64,000 nucleotides of DNA from positions 1 to 64,000 of the forward strand of contig CP145417.1 in NCBI GenBank assembly GCA_036867785.1, written 5' to 3'. The translations under genes and the position numbers were made by a program. This stretch comes from Plasmodiophora brassicae (Eukaryota). The notes beneath the pieces were generated by a model, which was not told the origin of the DNA, did not search any database, and saw only the letters and a program-made list of their open reading frames with translations. Shown here in pieces: positions 33,741 through 46,394 of this stretch; within the stretch, counting starts at the first letter, position 1; each line of letters begins with the position of its first letter.

Positions 33741-36155
33741 TCAGTGATTCAAGCCAGAAACACGGCACCTCGTCAACTGCCTGATCTCAACAGGAACCGA
33801 CTGCAGCTTATTGTTATCCAAGTACCTATCAGCATCGGTTAACTGACCAGAAACGGTATCACACAACGCGGCCAATACTCACAGCCTCATCAATGACGTA
33901 ACTGCCCGATCTCGGCAGGGATCGACTGCAGGTCATTGCCATGCAAGTCTCTATCAGTAGCGGTTCAGTGGCCAGACACGGTACCATACAAACTGTGCAA
34001 TGCTCACAGCTCCCGCAACGACGTCAACTGCCCGATCTCGGCAGGGATCGACTGCAGCTGATTGTTATCCAAGACCCTATCAGCATCGGTTCACTGAACA
34101 GAAACGGTATGACATAATGCGGCCAAATACTCACAGCCTCATCAATGACGTCAACTGTCCGATCTCAACAGGAAGCGACTGCAGCTTATTGTTATCCAAG
34201 CCCCTATCAGCATCGGTTCACTGACCAGAAACGGTATCACACAATGCGGGCAGCGACTGCAATGACGTCAACTTCCCGATCTCGGAAGGAATCGATTGTA
34301 GGTTATTGTTACCCAAGTTTCTATCAGCATCGGTTCAGTGACCAGAAACGGTATCACACAAGGTGGGCAATGCTCACAGCCACTTCAACGACGTCAATTG
34401 CCCGATCTCCGCAGGAATCGTCTGCAGCTCATTGTAAGACAAGCTTCTATCGACAACGGTTCAGTGACCAGAAGCGGTGCCACCCAATGTGCCCAATACT
34501 CACAGCGTCTCCAACGACGTCAACTGCCGGATCTCGGTTGGAATCGACTGCAGCTTATTGCTATACAAATACCTATCAGCATGGGTCAGTGACCAGAAAC
34601 GGTACCAAACAATGTGCCCAATAATGACAGTGTCTCCAACGACGTCAACTGCCCGATCTCAACAGGAACCGACTGCAGCTGATTGCATTCCAAGTGACTA
34701 TCAGCATTGGTTCAGTGACCAGAAACGGTATCACACAATGCCGCCAGTACTCACAGCGTGTACAACGACTTCAACTGCCCGATCTCGGCAGGGATCAACT
34801 GCAGCTTATTCGTAGACAAGACCCTATCAGCATCGGTTCACTGACCAGAAACGGTATCACACAATGCGGCCAGTACTCACAGCGTCTCCAGCGACGTCAA
34901 CTGCCCGATCTCAAAAGGAACCGATTGCAGCTGATTGCTTTCCAAGTTCCTACCAGCATCGGTTCAGTGACCAGAAACGGTATCACACAATGCGGCCAAT
35001 ACTCACAGCGTCTTCAACGACGTCAACTGTCCGATCTCGGCAGGGATCGACTGGAACTTATTCCTTTCCAAATTCCTATCAGCATCGGTTCACTAACCAG
35101 AAACATTACCACACAATGCCGCCAATACTCACAGCGTCCTCAATGACGTCAACTGCACGATCTCGGCAGGGATTGATTGCAGGCTATTGTTACCCAAGTT
35201 CCTACCAGCATCGGTTCAGTGACCACAAACGGTATCACACAATGTGGGCAATGCTCACAGCTCTTTCAACGACGTCAACTGCGCGATCTCCGCAGGAATC
35301 GTCTGCAATTCATTGGAAGACAAGATTCTATCGACATCGGTTCAGTGACCAGAAACGGTATCACACAATGCGGCCAATCCTCACAGCGTCTTCAACGACG
35401 TCAGCTGCCCGATCTCGGCAGGGATCGACTGCAGCTTAGTCCTTTCCAAGTTCCTATCAGCATCGGTTCAGTGACCAGAAACGGCATTGCACAATGTGCC
35501 CAATACAGACGTACAGGACAGTCAGTAGGGATGTGTCGGCGCCACATTGCACGAGAAATGGCATCATGTCCAGCCATCCCGGAGTGTCGGTAGAGCGAAA
35601 TAGGTCTTTTACCACAGCGCGACAACGCGGATGTCTGGCACCCGTACGAAGACGTCCTTGAACGAACTTTCGGCACATATCATTCATGTCATGCAGGGTT
35701 TCAAGATGTTCGATATTGTCGTTGTTGATGAGGAGCCTCTGAGCAACGATCGCAGCAAACTTCGAAATAGTACCGGGAGGGTCGGCTTGAGTCCGTAAAG
35801 CCATCTCGTTGACCACATCCTCGTCCCACGCCTTGCTGGGAAGGCGCATCTTGCGAAGGTCATCGTCGTCTCCGAATTGTAGGACGCTGTGAATGACATA
35901 ATTCGGTAGGTGATTCATTTGCCGGGGGACGTTACTGCTGTTCGTGGTGCCCGAAACCCTGTGCGTCCGAACTTCGCCCGCACGGTGCTCGTTCTGTTCG
36001 TCATTTACAAGGGGCATAGGTGGTTGCGACGGGGTATCAACTGGTTGAGTAGAGAGCGTCCCGGCATGTCTGTGGGTGGGCGGATGGCCTGATGCTCCGA
36101 CGACAATGAGGATAGCTGCGGCCGCCATGGCCGCAACCACTTCGAAACACTTCAT
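33741..36155 (-). CDS. Putatively secreted F-box-like/LRR protein, ~14 single-exon LRRs (paralog 2, possibly damaged)
   Basis: Exon 1 (36155-35515) is homologous to paralog 1 and is followed by the same 126-bp modules. One unit lacks a donor (~34250) and one appears to have a 1-nt deletion (~33899). Confidence 0.8.
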
Positions 36156-36654
36156 AACGTCCGCGATCTCCCGGAGTCCCTATTATTTCTACGTAGCCTG
36201 ATCGAGCGGTTGCAGGTAGCGTCGAATTAGAAAATTAGATCAAGAGTAGCCTTTCGCCTGGACGAGACGTCGCCGCTGATTAATCGTTAGATGGGTCACA
36301 ATGGGATCAGTCGGAACGAATAGCCTGCCCTCTGTCCAGCTGAGGTAGGTTTCGATTGAAGTCTGCAGATGCGCCTTCGTTCCGTCGTGACGGCATGAAC
36401 GCACTGAGCGATTGCTCGAACTCTGGAACGGAACGGGTGACCCTAAAAACGCATAACTCTTTCTAGACCTTAACCCGAACACCTTGATCCAGAATTTCTC
36501 TCTACACTGCACACAAGTCAACAAGGTAAAAATATATAATGAGGTGGGAGTACCTACCTGACGTCTCCGATTCTTATCAATCCATGTGCATAAAATGTGC
36601 TTAATCCCCAGCGTCGGAAACACCGATCGAGCGACCTTACAAAGGAAAAGCGCA

Positions 36655-37270
36655 CCTCTAACATGGTGGACAGGGCACGCCTGCCTCCGTCTGCCGTCGT
36701 CTGTCCAGCATGATCACCTGCAGGGCGGCAGATGTCCTGCCGAGGAGGGGCGTGACCACTGTCGCGCTGACATCCTGCTCGTCAGGTGAGGCTGTGCCCT
36801 GGCCCTCAGCCGATCGTTGCAATCGCTCGCGCACGCCCCTTGACCTGCACCATGTGATAGCGTGCCTGACCAACCGAGGGCATCGCCCAGGTCCCCGTCT
36901 ACCCGGCGGGCGGCACCTGCCTGCCCTGCAGGTCGTCCAGCAGGGCGGAGGCGGCGCCCAGAGCCCGTTGCCGCCGGTGGCGCCTGCCTGCCGTCGACGA
37001 TCCGCTGCCATCCCGGCCGGCATATCGCCGCAACCAGAACCGTTTCAATACAAGCAGGCCAGATTGACATGCGCGTATACCGACGCTGCAGGTCGTCCTG
37101 GCGTCCCCGGCGCCTAACGGCAGCGTTCGGATGCAGGGCCCAGCGTCCGTCGCCGATCGAGAGCGCCGACGTCGCCCCCGTCTGCGTGCCGACCATGGCA
37201 GCTAAGCTAAGACCAGACGAGCAACGGAGGCATATCGCATATCGAGCATCGCAGCACTCTTGGCGCTCGA
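36655..37270 (-). repeat. Inverted copy of the subtelomeric non-coding repeat
   Basis: The reverse complement aligns with ~6830-7440 (e.g. GACCTGCAGGGCAGGCAGGTGCCGC, CGATTGCAACGATCGGC). Confidence 0.75.
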
Positions 37271-37678
37271 ATCGGAAAACCGGTCGCGTCTATCGTAGAC
37301 AACGCCCCTCGGTGCGCCCCTGGCCAGGGCGTAAGTAAGCGGAATGCACCTGTATTCGTCTATCTGGGCCAGTGGGACTGTTCGTCAAATACAAGGTCGC
37401 CATTGACAGGTCTCTGCGCCGTCGGAAGGGCCGACGCCTATGACTGTCGTCGAGCCCGCGCCTATGAGCGGACGTGGACTCCGGCGACGTTCGTTCGGCA
37501 CGGTGTACCGAGAATAACGGGTACGCTCAGGGACAACGGAGAACTCCACCTACGACGAGGACATAATGCTAGCTGTCTTGGTCTTCACCCGCGGTTTGTA
37601 GCAGAAGGCGGCCCAGCCTGTACCTATGGTATACACGGTATCATGAATGAACGACCAAGCAGTCTTTTATGCATTCTG

Positions 37679-39240
37679 CTATTCGATCCCCGAGTGCTCC
37701 CTCGTTGTGGCCGGTTTCGAAGTCTTGATGACTTCGATGAGGGAGAACCGGCACTCGTTGGTCTCGTTAATGAACTCATCCCAGATGTCGGGGTTTTCCC
37801 GCTGAAACCTGGCAAGAGCATTATCGCACATGAGTGCGACGACCTGTTCGCACGCTGGACGGAACACATCGCGATGCAGCAAATGCGTTGGCCAGACATG
37901 AGCGTTCGTTGCCGGGATGACTGCTTGATGGCTGTGTACTCGCCGCACCTTGGTGCTCGAGGGACTAACCGCTATAAAGGCTCGTCTCGCGCTGTCACTG
38001 ATGTTAATTTCCAGCGGGCTCCCACTTGTAATGTACGTCTTCCAGATCAGAAACGCCTTTTCGGATGAAGTCGGCGATGGGAACGTTTTCCTGTAAGCTT
38101 CGGCATCCCTCCAGAAAAGAAGGTTCTCCACACTGAGCTCTTCTTCGAGTTGCTTCCTGAGCGGGAGACTGTAAGCCGTTACCTAAGCGGGTGCACTGAG
38201 CGCAGTGCCGTACCGAAACGCATTGAAGCGACGCTCGGACGAGTGCAGGAATCGTTCCAGAAAGTCGGCAACGCCAAGGTTATTGCCTCCGAGCACGTGT
38301 ACATCATCGGAATTCGGGAGATACGTTTGGTAGATCGGGGCCACTAACGACCTGAACAATTACGTGATCAGTGATCTGCGTCGTGAATGTGCTTCGATAT
38401 TGCCTACCGAAGGAGAATGCAGTCGATAAGAGCGACGACATAAAGAGCGGAAAACAGCATCGGTGGCTCGAACGCGTTCAAGTACGGGTCCACTGCAACG
38501 ACGTAAAGAACACCACCAACAATCTGTGCTACTGCGACACTCCTCAAGATGGCTTTGATGCCGAACTTATCAACGATCAGGCGTAAGCGGAGAGAGAGGA
38601 GAGCCACGAAGACCGATTGGACAATAATCTTTGCTGAGTAGACCAAACCAAACCGCACAAAGGTTGCCGACGACAGGTACGCGTCGATGAATTTCGTTGT
38701 CAGCACATCCTGGCATAACGTGTACGCGTATGCTACATGCAAGCATATCATACCGAAACAGCTGATCACCATAAGACAGCCAATGCCCTGGGGTGATAGC
38801 ATCCAAGAGAGCCGACGAATCCTTGTCATGCGCCGGTCGAACTTGTCTTCATCAGCGCTCGCGTCGTCCGCGAGCAGTCCTTGAGTATGTGTGCGCCGAT
38901 ATGCGAAGTACAGGGACGCGGCGAACATTGTAAAGCTATCGAACACAGAGTTCTGAAACGAGAAGAGGGCCAAGGTGGGCGCTAGGACCGTAATTGTGGG
39001 CTGCCCAACCGCAAGGGTAGACACCAAACATGATGACATGGAATGCAGACATAGACAGCAATTGCAAGTGAATAGCAGCCACGAGCGCATGTTCTTAATA
39101 GGTTGCACATTGCGCCTCCTCCAGAACATGAGCAAACCCGCTATGTATACAGCCGAATGAACAGCAGTCACCGTAATCCAGAACGACAACGCTTCCTCTT
39201 TGGTGGCGCCGTCATTTGTCGTCATTGCGGAGTGGATCAT
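37679..39240 (-). CDS. Multi-pass membrane protein with C-terminal RGS domain (7TM-RGS-like)
   Basis: Several hydrophobic helices in ORF 38404-39240. RGS motifs ENLLFW, YITSGSPLEINIS and F..A.EQVVALM.DNALARF. Intron(s) lie in between. Confidence 0.85.
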
Positions 39241-39957
39241 TAGGTGGTCGACGACAGTACCCCTCTATTGTTCGCTCTAGTACCTTTCCTATGACTGGGC
39301 GGAGCAGCCGTTTAAGGATCAGCATCAGTAGGTACACACTATAATAACCAACTCTTGATGCTGTGTGTGGCTTTCCCATTCTCCGGGGGCCGCATTCTCT
39401 CAGCCTTCTGGTTTGCGAAAGCCGACTTGACGCGATGACCGAATGATGGTGCTAGAGGCATCACACATCGCCACGCCACACGCCATTTCGAAGTGTGTGC
39501 GAAGCACCATGTGCCCCTACCGCCACCGGGCAATGAACAAGTTTACGCATCACCCGCTCTGGGTCTTCGTCGTCGACCTAACCGTTCAAGAGAAACAGCC
39601 CAGTGACACGCCCAGAGCGCGTTGCCTCTTTGGCGTCTCGACGATTAGTCTGATCACACCAACCTTTGAACCACCGTGTCCATGGATCCGTCCGATTCGC
39701 ATCCTCGATCTACCTAGGGCCTTCGCTGGTACGCACGATCAATCGCTATTGGGCGATATTTACCTCTCCTGCCCCCCCCCCCCCCCCCCTCCCCCCATAT
39801 ACTAGAGATATTTGCTCGGGTGATATCTTCCCTGTCGGTACGAGGTCAAGGTCACGTACCGGAATCCGCCATTGGTATCGTCGCCGTCCAGCAGCCGTTT
39901 GTTGCTACGCCGTGTGCGACCGAGTCGCTTGGGGCCTTGCTCGTGCACACCGCACTG

Positions 39958-41656
39958 ATGGCGTCGTCGGACCCTCGAGCACGTGCGCATCGCGTGCCCC
40001 TTCTGCCCGGCCATGTGATCAACACGACGGTCGGCGAGTCGTTCCATCGTGGTCATCTGTTCGATATCTGCAACGGAATCCGCACCGAGAAGGCGTCCAC
40101 TCGGTCGCCAAGCAGTGCACCGACATGCGACCCGGCGAGCACGACGGCGACCCGTCACGACAACCAAGTTCGTCAGGACAAGAAGGTGAATGATGCCAGC
40201 CCGAGAGTATCCGGCCTGCCCATGTCGACATTGCCGCCCTGGATCGCTTACGCCAACCGTGTCCTGCGTCTGTACGCGTACTACAAGGAGGCCGTCAACG
40301 AAAGTGCTGTGGAGACCTGGCGTGTACGTCGCTGCACCATCCTGTACTACCTCGAGGACGGCACCCTGCAAGTCAACGAGGTTGACGAAGTCAACTCGGG
40401 CCTGACGCACGGGGCCTTCATGTTGAAACGGCATCGGGTCCCTGTTCCGGGTCAGGCTCCGGGTCGCTTCTTGGCCCCTGGCGACCTGCGCGTCGGGTCC
40501 CAGGTTGACCTGTACGGGCGGCGCCTACACATCTACGACGCGGACCAGTGGACGCGCGCCTTCTTCGACAACGACGACACGCTGGGCACGGAACCGCCTC
40601 AGGACCCGTTCCACGAAAGGCTGACGCAGCTGAAGTCGTCGTCAGCGACGACCGAATCGGCCTCTCGATTTGCAGAAGCGCTCCATGGGAAGCCGTCGAA
40701 GAAGGCCCTGGAGCGATCCCGAAAGATGCTGGCCAACATGGGCACTGTGCTGCGATTCTGGGCCCGTCTCGAAGACCAGGACGCTGCGCCTGCCGACGAG
40801 TCGTCCCAGGCCTTCATTTTGCATTACTTCGTCGAGGACGATACCGTGGAGATCGTTCGTGACAAGCAGTGCAGCAAGGGGGCCTCGTCCGATGCCGCTC
40901 GCATGCTCCTGCGCCGACAGGCCCTGCCGCGACGCTTCACGATGGCCGGAGCCGCCAGCATCGGTATGGACCACTCGGAGACGGTCGGCATGTACACAGC
41001 GGGCGACCTGCGCATCGGCGCCGTCATTGAAGCCTACGGACGACGCCTCCGCCTCTTGCGTGCTGACAGGTTCACCAAGGATTACTACAAGGCCACGTTC
41101 GGCCTCAGCGACGCCGACCTCGCCGACCTCGTGGTCGGGGCCAGTGGCAGCCATCAGGCACAGGCGCCAAAGCCGACGACGTCATTGAGCAAGTCGCAGG
41201 TCGAAACGGCGGCATCGTCGGAGGCGTCGTCCTTCTCGTTGCAGTTCGGGTCGCCAGCCCGCAAGCGTCGCTCGCCCGGCTTCCAGATGCGCTTCCTGGC
41301 GTCCCTGTCCTCGTCGAGCACCTACGACGTCGATCGGCGCTTCGTCGTCACGTTCGATATCGGAACGGATGAGCTCAGCGTGTACGAGACGGTGCAGGCC
41401 AACTCGGGGTTCACCGGCGGTAAGATGATGGAGAAAAGCAGCGCGCGTATCAACCCGACCACCGGGCAGCCGTTCGTTGCTGGCGACATGCAGGTCGGGG
41501 CCAGTATTGTTGTCAACGGGTTCCGATTCCACCTTCTCCAGGTACGTTATTAATCTGTGGGTGGGTATCAATCGCGGCACGGATTAACGTGCAATGTGGG
41601 TTCAGGCCGACGACGCCACGCTGCGCTACATGAAGGAGCAGCACCCCAACGAATAA
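39958..41656 (+). CDS. EFHC1/Rib72-like axonemal protein with three DM10 domains
   Basis: VLRLYAYYKE..RVRRCTILYYLEDGTLQV, VLRFWA..HYFVEDDTVEI and MRFLA..DRRFVVTF..NSGFTGGK. Terminal intron ~41542-41605. Confidence 0.88.
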
Positions 41657-42097
41657 ATCGCGCCGCACGCTGGATTGCATTCCCTGGGTGGACACAGAGC
41701 AGGACGCCCTAAGCAGGTCGTCCCGGCCATGGCAGGCACCGGCGCAGTACGTCGTTTAGATACGTATAACGGACAATGGGGGCCCGCTGACGCCAGAAGT
41801 CAGAGCGGCAGTACGTCACGAGTTGGATGGATGGCGATTGGCGACCCCCGCAGCACACACGGGAGTCCATCCAATCCACGTACGCAGGTGTCCGCATTGG
41901 ATCGATGGCGAATCGCCGAATTGGCTATTGGCGGCCCCACCCGCAACCCGCGGCGCGGGGAGTCCATCCTGTCCAAGTATAGCACCGACGCAGGCGTCCG
42001 CCTGTCCGGAATTAGGCATACGACGTCGGGCAGCAGCAGCGACCGGCAGTTGAGATCTGGGCTGAGCCGGTGCAGCAGCCCAGACTGCTCTGTCATC

Positions 42098-43970
42098 ATG
42101 TCGGCGCGTGACGGCTGCTCGGGTGGAAAGACGGCCAGCGTGGACGCCCTGGAGCGTCAGATCGAGCGCGTGTCGGGTCGCGTGTCGTGCACGGAGGCGC
42201 TGGCGCGCCTCCTGGTGCAGGTGGCCGAGATGGAAGCGGACTATGCCGCCAGGTGCCGCGACATGTCGTCGGCGATGCTCGACCTGACCAACGAACATCG
42301 CCTGATGCGCTCGGCGACGCAGTCGATGGTGGCCATGCAGGCCTGGCAGGCCGACCTGCACTCGCGCGCCGCTGCCCGCTGCATGGAAGAGGCGCAGGCG
42401 TTGCTGTCGACGCGGACGACGGCCATGGCCACGATCCGATCGGCGACGACGCAGCTGAAGGCCATGCGCAAGGAGCAGCTGGCCGACACCAAGGCCATGG
42501 ACAAGGCCCTGGCACAGTGCGAACGCGCCAGCGACCAGGCCATCGTCGCCCACTGGGCGCTCGTCGACTACACGAACTCGAGCACGGCCGATGCGCCCGT
42601 CGACGAACAGATCGTTCGGGCGGCGGCCGCCAGGAAGAAGGAACTCATCGCCGCCGATCGCCGCTATTGCGACACTGTCCGGCAGGCACGCGCCGGCGCC
42701 ATCGTACGTCCATTGTCGTTCCCGGCTGCCGTCCGAATCGCAACTGATGACAACGCCTGTTCGTACAGCGCCGCGATCGTCAATGTCGCCTGCTGCTGAA
42801 CACCCTGGCCGATGCTGACCGTGCCCGCGTGCAGTCGTGCCTGGCGACTCTGTCGGGCGTGCTGCATGAGCGTCAAGGTATGCCAGTGCCGGGTTGGGTG
42901 TCGTTGCGCGCATCGCCTTGACGTCGTACTGCTGCTGCTGCAGAACTGGTCGACCAGCTGGCGAGTCGCACGCCGGCGGTTCGCGACGTCGTCCAGGCCG
43001 CTGAGCGCGGCACCGACGACCTGCGCGCTATCGATGCCGAGATCGATGTGCAGGACGATATCGACATCCCGACCTACACGAAGGTGAAGGGCCTGTCTGT
43101 CGTCGGTGCTGACCCGGATGCGGATCCGGCCGATGAGGGTTCCCCTCCAGCGACGCCGGCCAGTAGCCCCGCTCGCGCCGCACGATCGGACCTGGACGAG
43201 TTCTGGGACTCTGCCCTGCGTACGATCATTGATGGCCCTCGACCAGGCGTCACCGTCCCGCGTAGCACCGACCCGGATGAACCGAAGGACCTCAGGGGCC
43301 GCTGTCTCTTCGGTTTGCGATCGCGACCCGGCCGATCGGCGTTCGCCGACGCCCTGTCCCGTCAGACGCGACGGTCGGCGTCGATCTCGTCGTCGGCGTT
43401 CACGGCGCTGGGCGAGCTGGTCAACACGCTCCTGACCGAAGCCGATCGTGACATCCGCCCCGTGGTATCGTGCCTGACGTCTGTCCAGGCCCTGTCGCAT
43501 GCGGGGCGCCCGCTCCACGAGCTGATTGCCGCGCACCCGATCTGGAAGGAGATCGACACCTGGCAACGGGCGGTCGATGATTCAGGCACGTCCGGTGCCG
43601 TCCCGGTCGTCGAGCGCTGGCACTGCGACGAGGAGAGCGAGGACGCGCGTGCCCTCGTCAAAGGCAACCTCGTGGCGCGGCTGATGACCATGGCGCACAA
43701 CATGTCGATGATGGGCGGTTGGTCGTTCGAGGCGGTCCTCGAGTTCGTCAACGGGATCGCCAAGCGCCACGAGTGTGACGCCGACCAGGTCGAGATGCTG
43801 CAGCGGTCTGTCTGCAACGATTTTCGCATCGAGTACAGGGCCACACCGACGGGCGACAGGGCGGCGACGCCTGGTCCGGATCCGATACCCAAGGTGGCGT
43901 CCTCCTCGTCTGCTGCGGCGTCCCTGGCGTCCATTCGGGGCAAATTCAAGAACCTGTTAGGCGGATTCCA

Positions 43971-44005
<35 letters not shown>

Positions 44006-44028
44006 AGCCGCAGCAGCCGTTGCAATAA
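42098..44028 (+). CDS. Coiled-coil (F-BAR-like) protein with a possible SBF2-like helical C-terminal domain and poly-Q tail
   Basis: Helical N-terminal region with EADYA, then HPIWKEIDTW..LMTMAHNM and a CAG tract at ~43969-44020. Introns lie around 42700-42950. Domain calls are tentative. Confidence 0.55.
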
Positions 44029-44195
44029 ACACATTACGGCGACCAGACTCGTCATCATGACAAGCGGCCATCTGCCGCCAAAGTGCTCCTCAGCGGTTTG
44101 TCAGCCACTGCCTGCCGTGTTGTACAGTGATGACCAATTCGGCGGGTGAAGGAGGGTGCCTCGCAATACCTTATAACGTTATAGCTTTGTATCCA

Positions 44196-45889
44196 TCACT
44201 CGCTTGACTGCGGCCGCTGCTTGGACAGACGTTTCTGTCGTCGCCGATGCCTAGCATTGCGGTCGCGTTGAATGTCCTGCCACGATGACGTCAGGTTGCG
44301 GTCCGTCCTGTACGGCGTCAGCTGCTTGATGGAGATCTTCCTGTTCAGGTCCTTGTCCTCTGCGTTCAGGATCTCTTCGACGGTCATGCCGTACGAGCTC
44401 GCCGGCACGCTCGTGTAGTGGAATCGGGCGCGCAGACCGTCCGCCAGGCAATCCTCGAAGTCCATCGCGTACAATTCGTCGAGAAGCGCCGCCGTCGACG
44501 TCTTTCCATTGGAGGGCTCCTGATCATCCGACGCGTCCGCCTTCTGCTTCTTGTTCTTGCCCTGCTTCAGCGTCGCCTTGATGTCGCCGTCGTCCTGGCC
44601 GTACCAGTTCTCGTCGAACAGCTCCTGCATCTGCTGGTCGAATTTGTCGGGGTCGAAATCGCCCTCGAGGTCGATTTCCGCCAGCCTGTCCTTGTCGAGC
44701 CCGCTGGCCACCTGAGCGACCACGGATCGTTTCTGCTCCAGCTCCTGGCGCTTCAACGCGGACAACGCCTTCATCTCCTCCTTCCACGCGTTCTTCTCTG
44801 TTTTAACGGCCTCGACCTGCGCCTGCTTGCGAGCCTGGCGCGCTCTCTTCCGAGCCTCCCGTCGTCGCGCACGCTTGTCGTCGACGCGACGAACGGAATC
44901 CTCGATGACACGAGGATGGGTGACCAGACGGGTGCCACCTGGTTCCTCGAACCTGAAGTTGTACGCCGCCTCGAACGAATCCTGCGCTTCCAGGAATGCA
45001 TCATCCTCACTGACGTTGTCGTCGATAGCTGCGGTAGCTGGCCTCGACCCAGGTCGAATCATCCGCGCCTGGTCCTTGTTCCAGCCTGCAGGCCGTTCGC
45101 TTTTCCACCACTCCCCGGCGATGTACTCCTTCAAGAACAGGTCCTCTGCCGACAGTTTGCCGTCGTCACCCGCCAGACGCGACAGCGTTTGCGATTCTGG
45201 CACCGGCCTAGAGGCCGCCTCCTTCTGTTTCGCTTCGACGAACGCAGCATATGACGGATCGGTCATGTCATTGGTTTCCGTTGGGACACTCATCTCGAAC
45301 CCTTCGTCGTTATCAACGTCATCGTGCGTATCGGCTTCAAGGAACGCACGACGAGCCGCGAGTTGTTGTTCAGCGGGAGCGGCGTTGCCCACATCTCGGT
45401 CATCGTCGCTCAACGATTCGTCGCCCTGAAGAAGCTGTTCGGTCAGGACTTGCTTGACGGATCGCCCACCTGCTTTCTTATTCGCTGATTGTGACGGTTC
45501 TGCGTTCCCATCCCCTTCCTCGTCGTCATCATCATGATAGAACCGCGATGACGCGTCGTAGATTCGCGGGTCTCGCTTTCGAATGGCATCGATAGTGCGC
45601 TGGATGTCTGCCTCGACAGCGGACGATAGTAGGACGCCCTCGTCATCCTCCTCTTCGCTCGACGATGACGTTTCAGAACCATCCGGTTCATCGCTGTCAT
45701 CATTTGTCTGTTCCGCTCGCAGCTGCTTTCGCAAGGCGTCCTTGACGGATTCTGAACAGAGCACCATTGTTAGTTGTAGATCGTGAACTGCAATCTAGTT
45801 AAGACGTTCATACTTTTGGACAGTTCCTCTTGCCGTTTGCTGGCCTCGAATTTCGCCCGGTACTCGTCATTGATAGTGAGTTGGTCCAT
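44196..45889 (-). CDS. KRI1: KRI1 ribosome biogenesis protein
   Basis: N-terminal exon MDQLTINDEYRAKFE..KRQEEL, FE.AYNFRFEEP, DLEGDFDPDKFDQQM and C-terminal RFHY..V...SYGMTVEEILNAEDKDLN. Confidence 0.92.
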
Positions 45890-46394
45890 GGTTGGCAATT
45901 GGAGAGGATCTCCTTGGCAGTCGAACAGCGCGACGGAGTCCGCCACGGACTTCCGTGGCTGGACGTAACTGGCAGCCAGGCAACGGATAACTATCACCGT
46001 TTAATGTAGCCACGAGAGTGACGCCCGCTACTTGTTCGCTGTCTTGCCAGAAGAAATGTAACAGTACATGTTTCATGCACTGTGACGATTTGAAAGGTTG
46101 GGGACTTCCAGGCAGGTGGTATTGAACACTGGACGGCCTTTCGAAAGGCTGCAGTCTGACTAGGTATGTAAATGCAACTATTGAAAAAGGACCGCATCGC
46201 TGCTGTCATCGACGATTTCATTCTCCGCTCGCGCTTCACCCGCGACCCCACCAATCTGAAACGTCTGTTAGACGATCAATGGTAACGGACAGTACTGGTT
46301 CACAGCAGTCATATTTACGCTATACTCAAGTTAGGGATCTGTCCGTCGATTTAGTGAGGAAGCTGGAATATGAGTCTATTGTTGATAGAATGGG

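Noticed and set aside
36441-36450. CCCTAAAAAC as an interstitial telomere remnant
   Set aside because: A single unit, too short to distinguish from chance.
39772-39796. Poly-C tract as a functional element
   Set aside because: Simple homopolymer with no further support.
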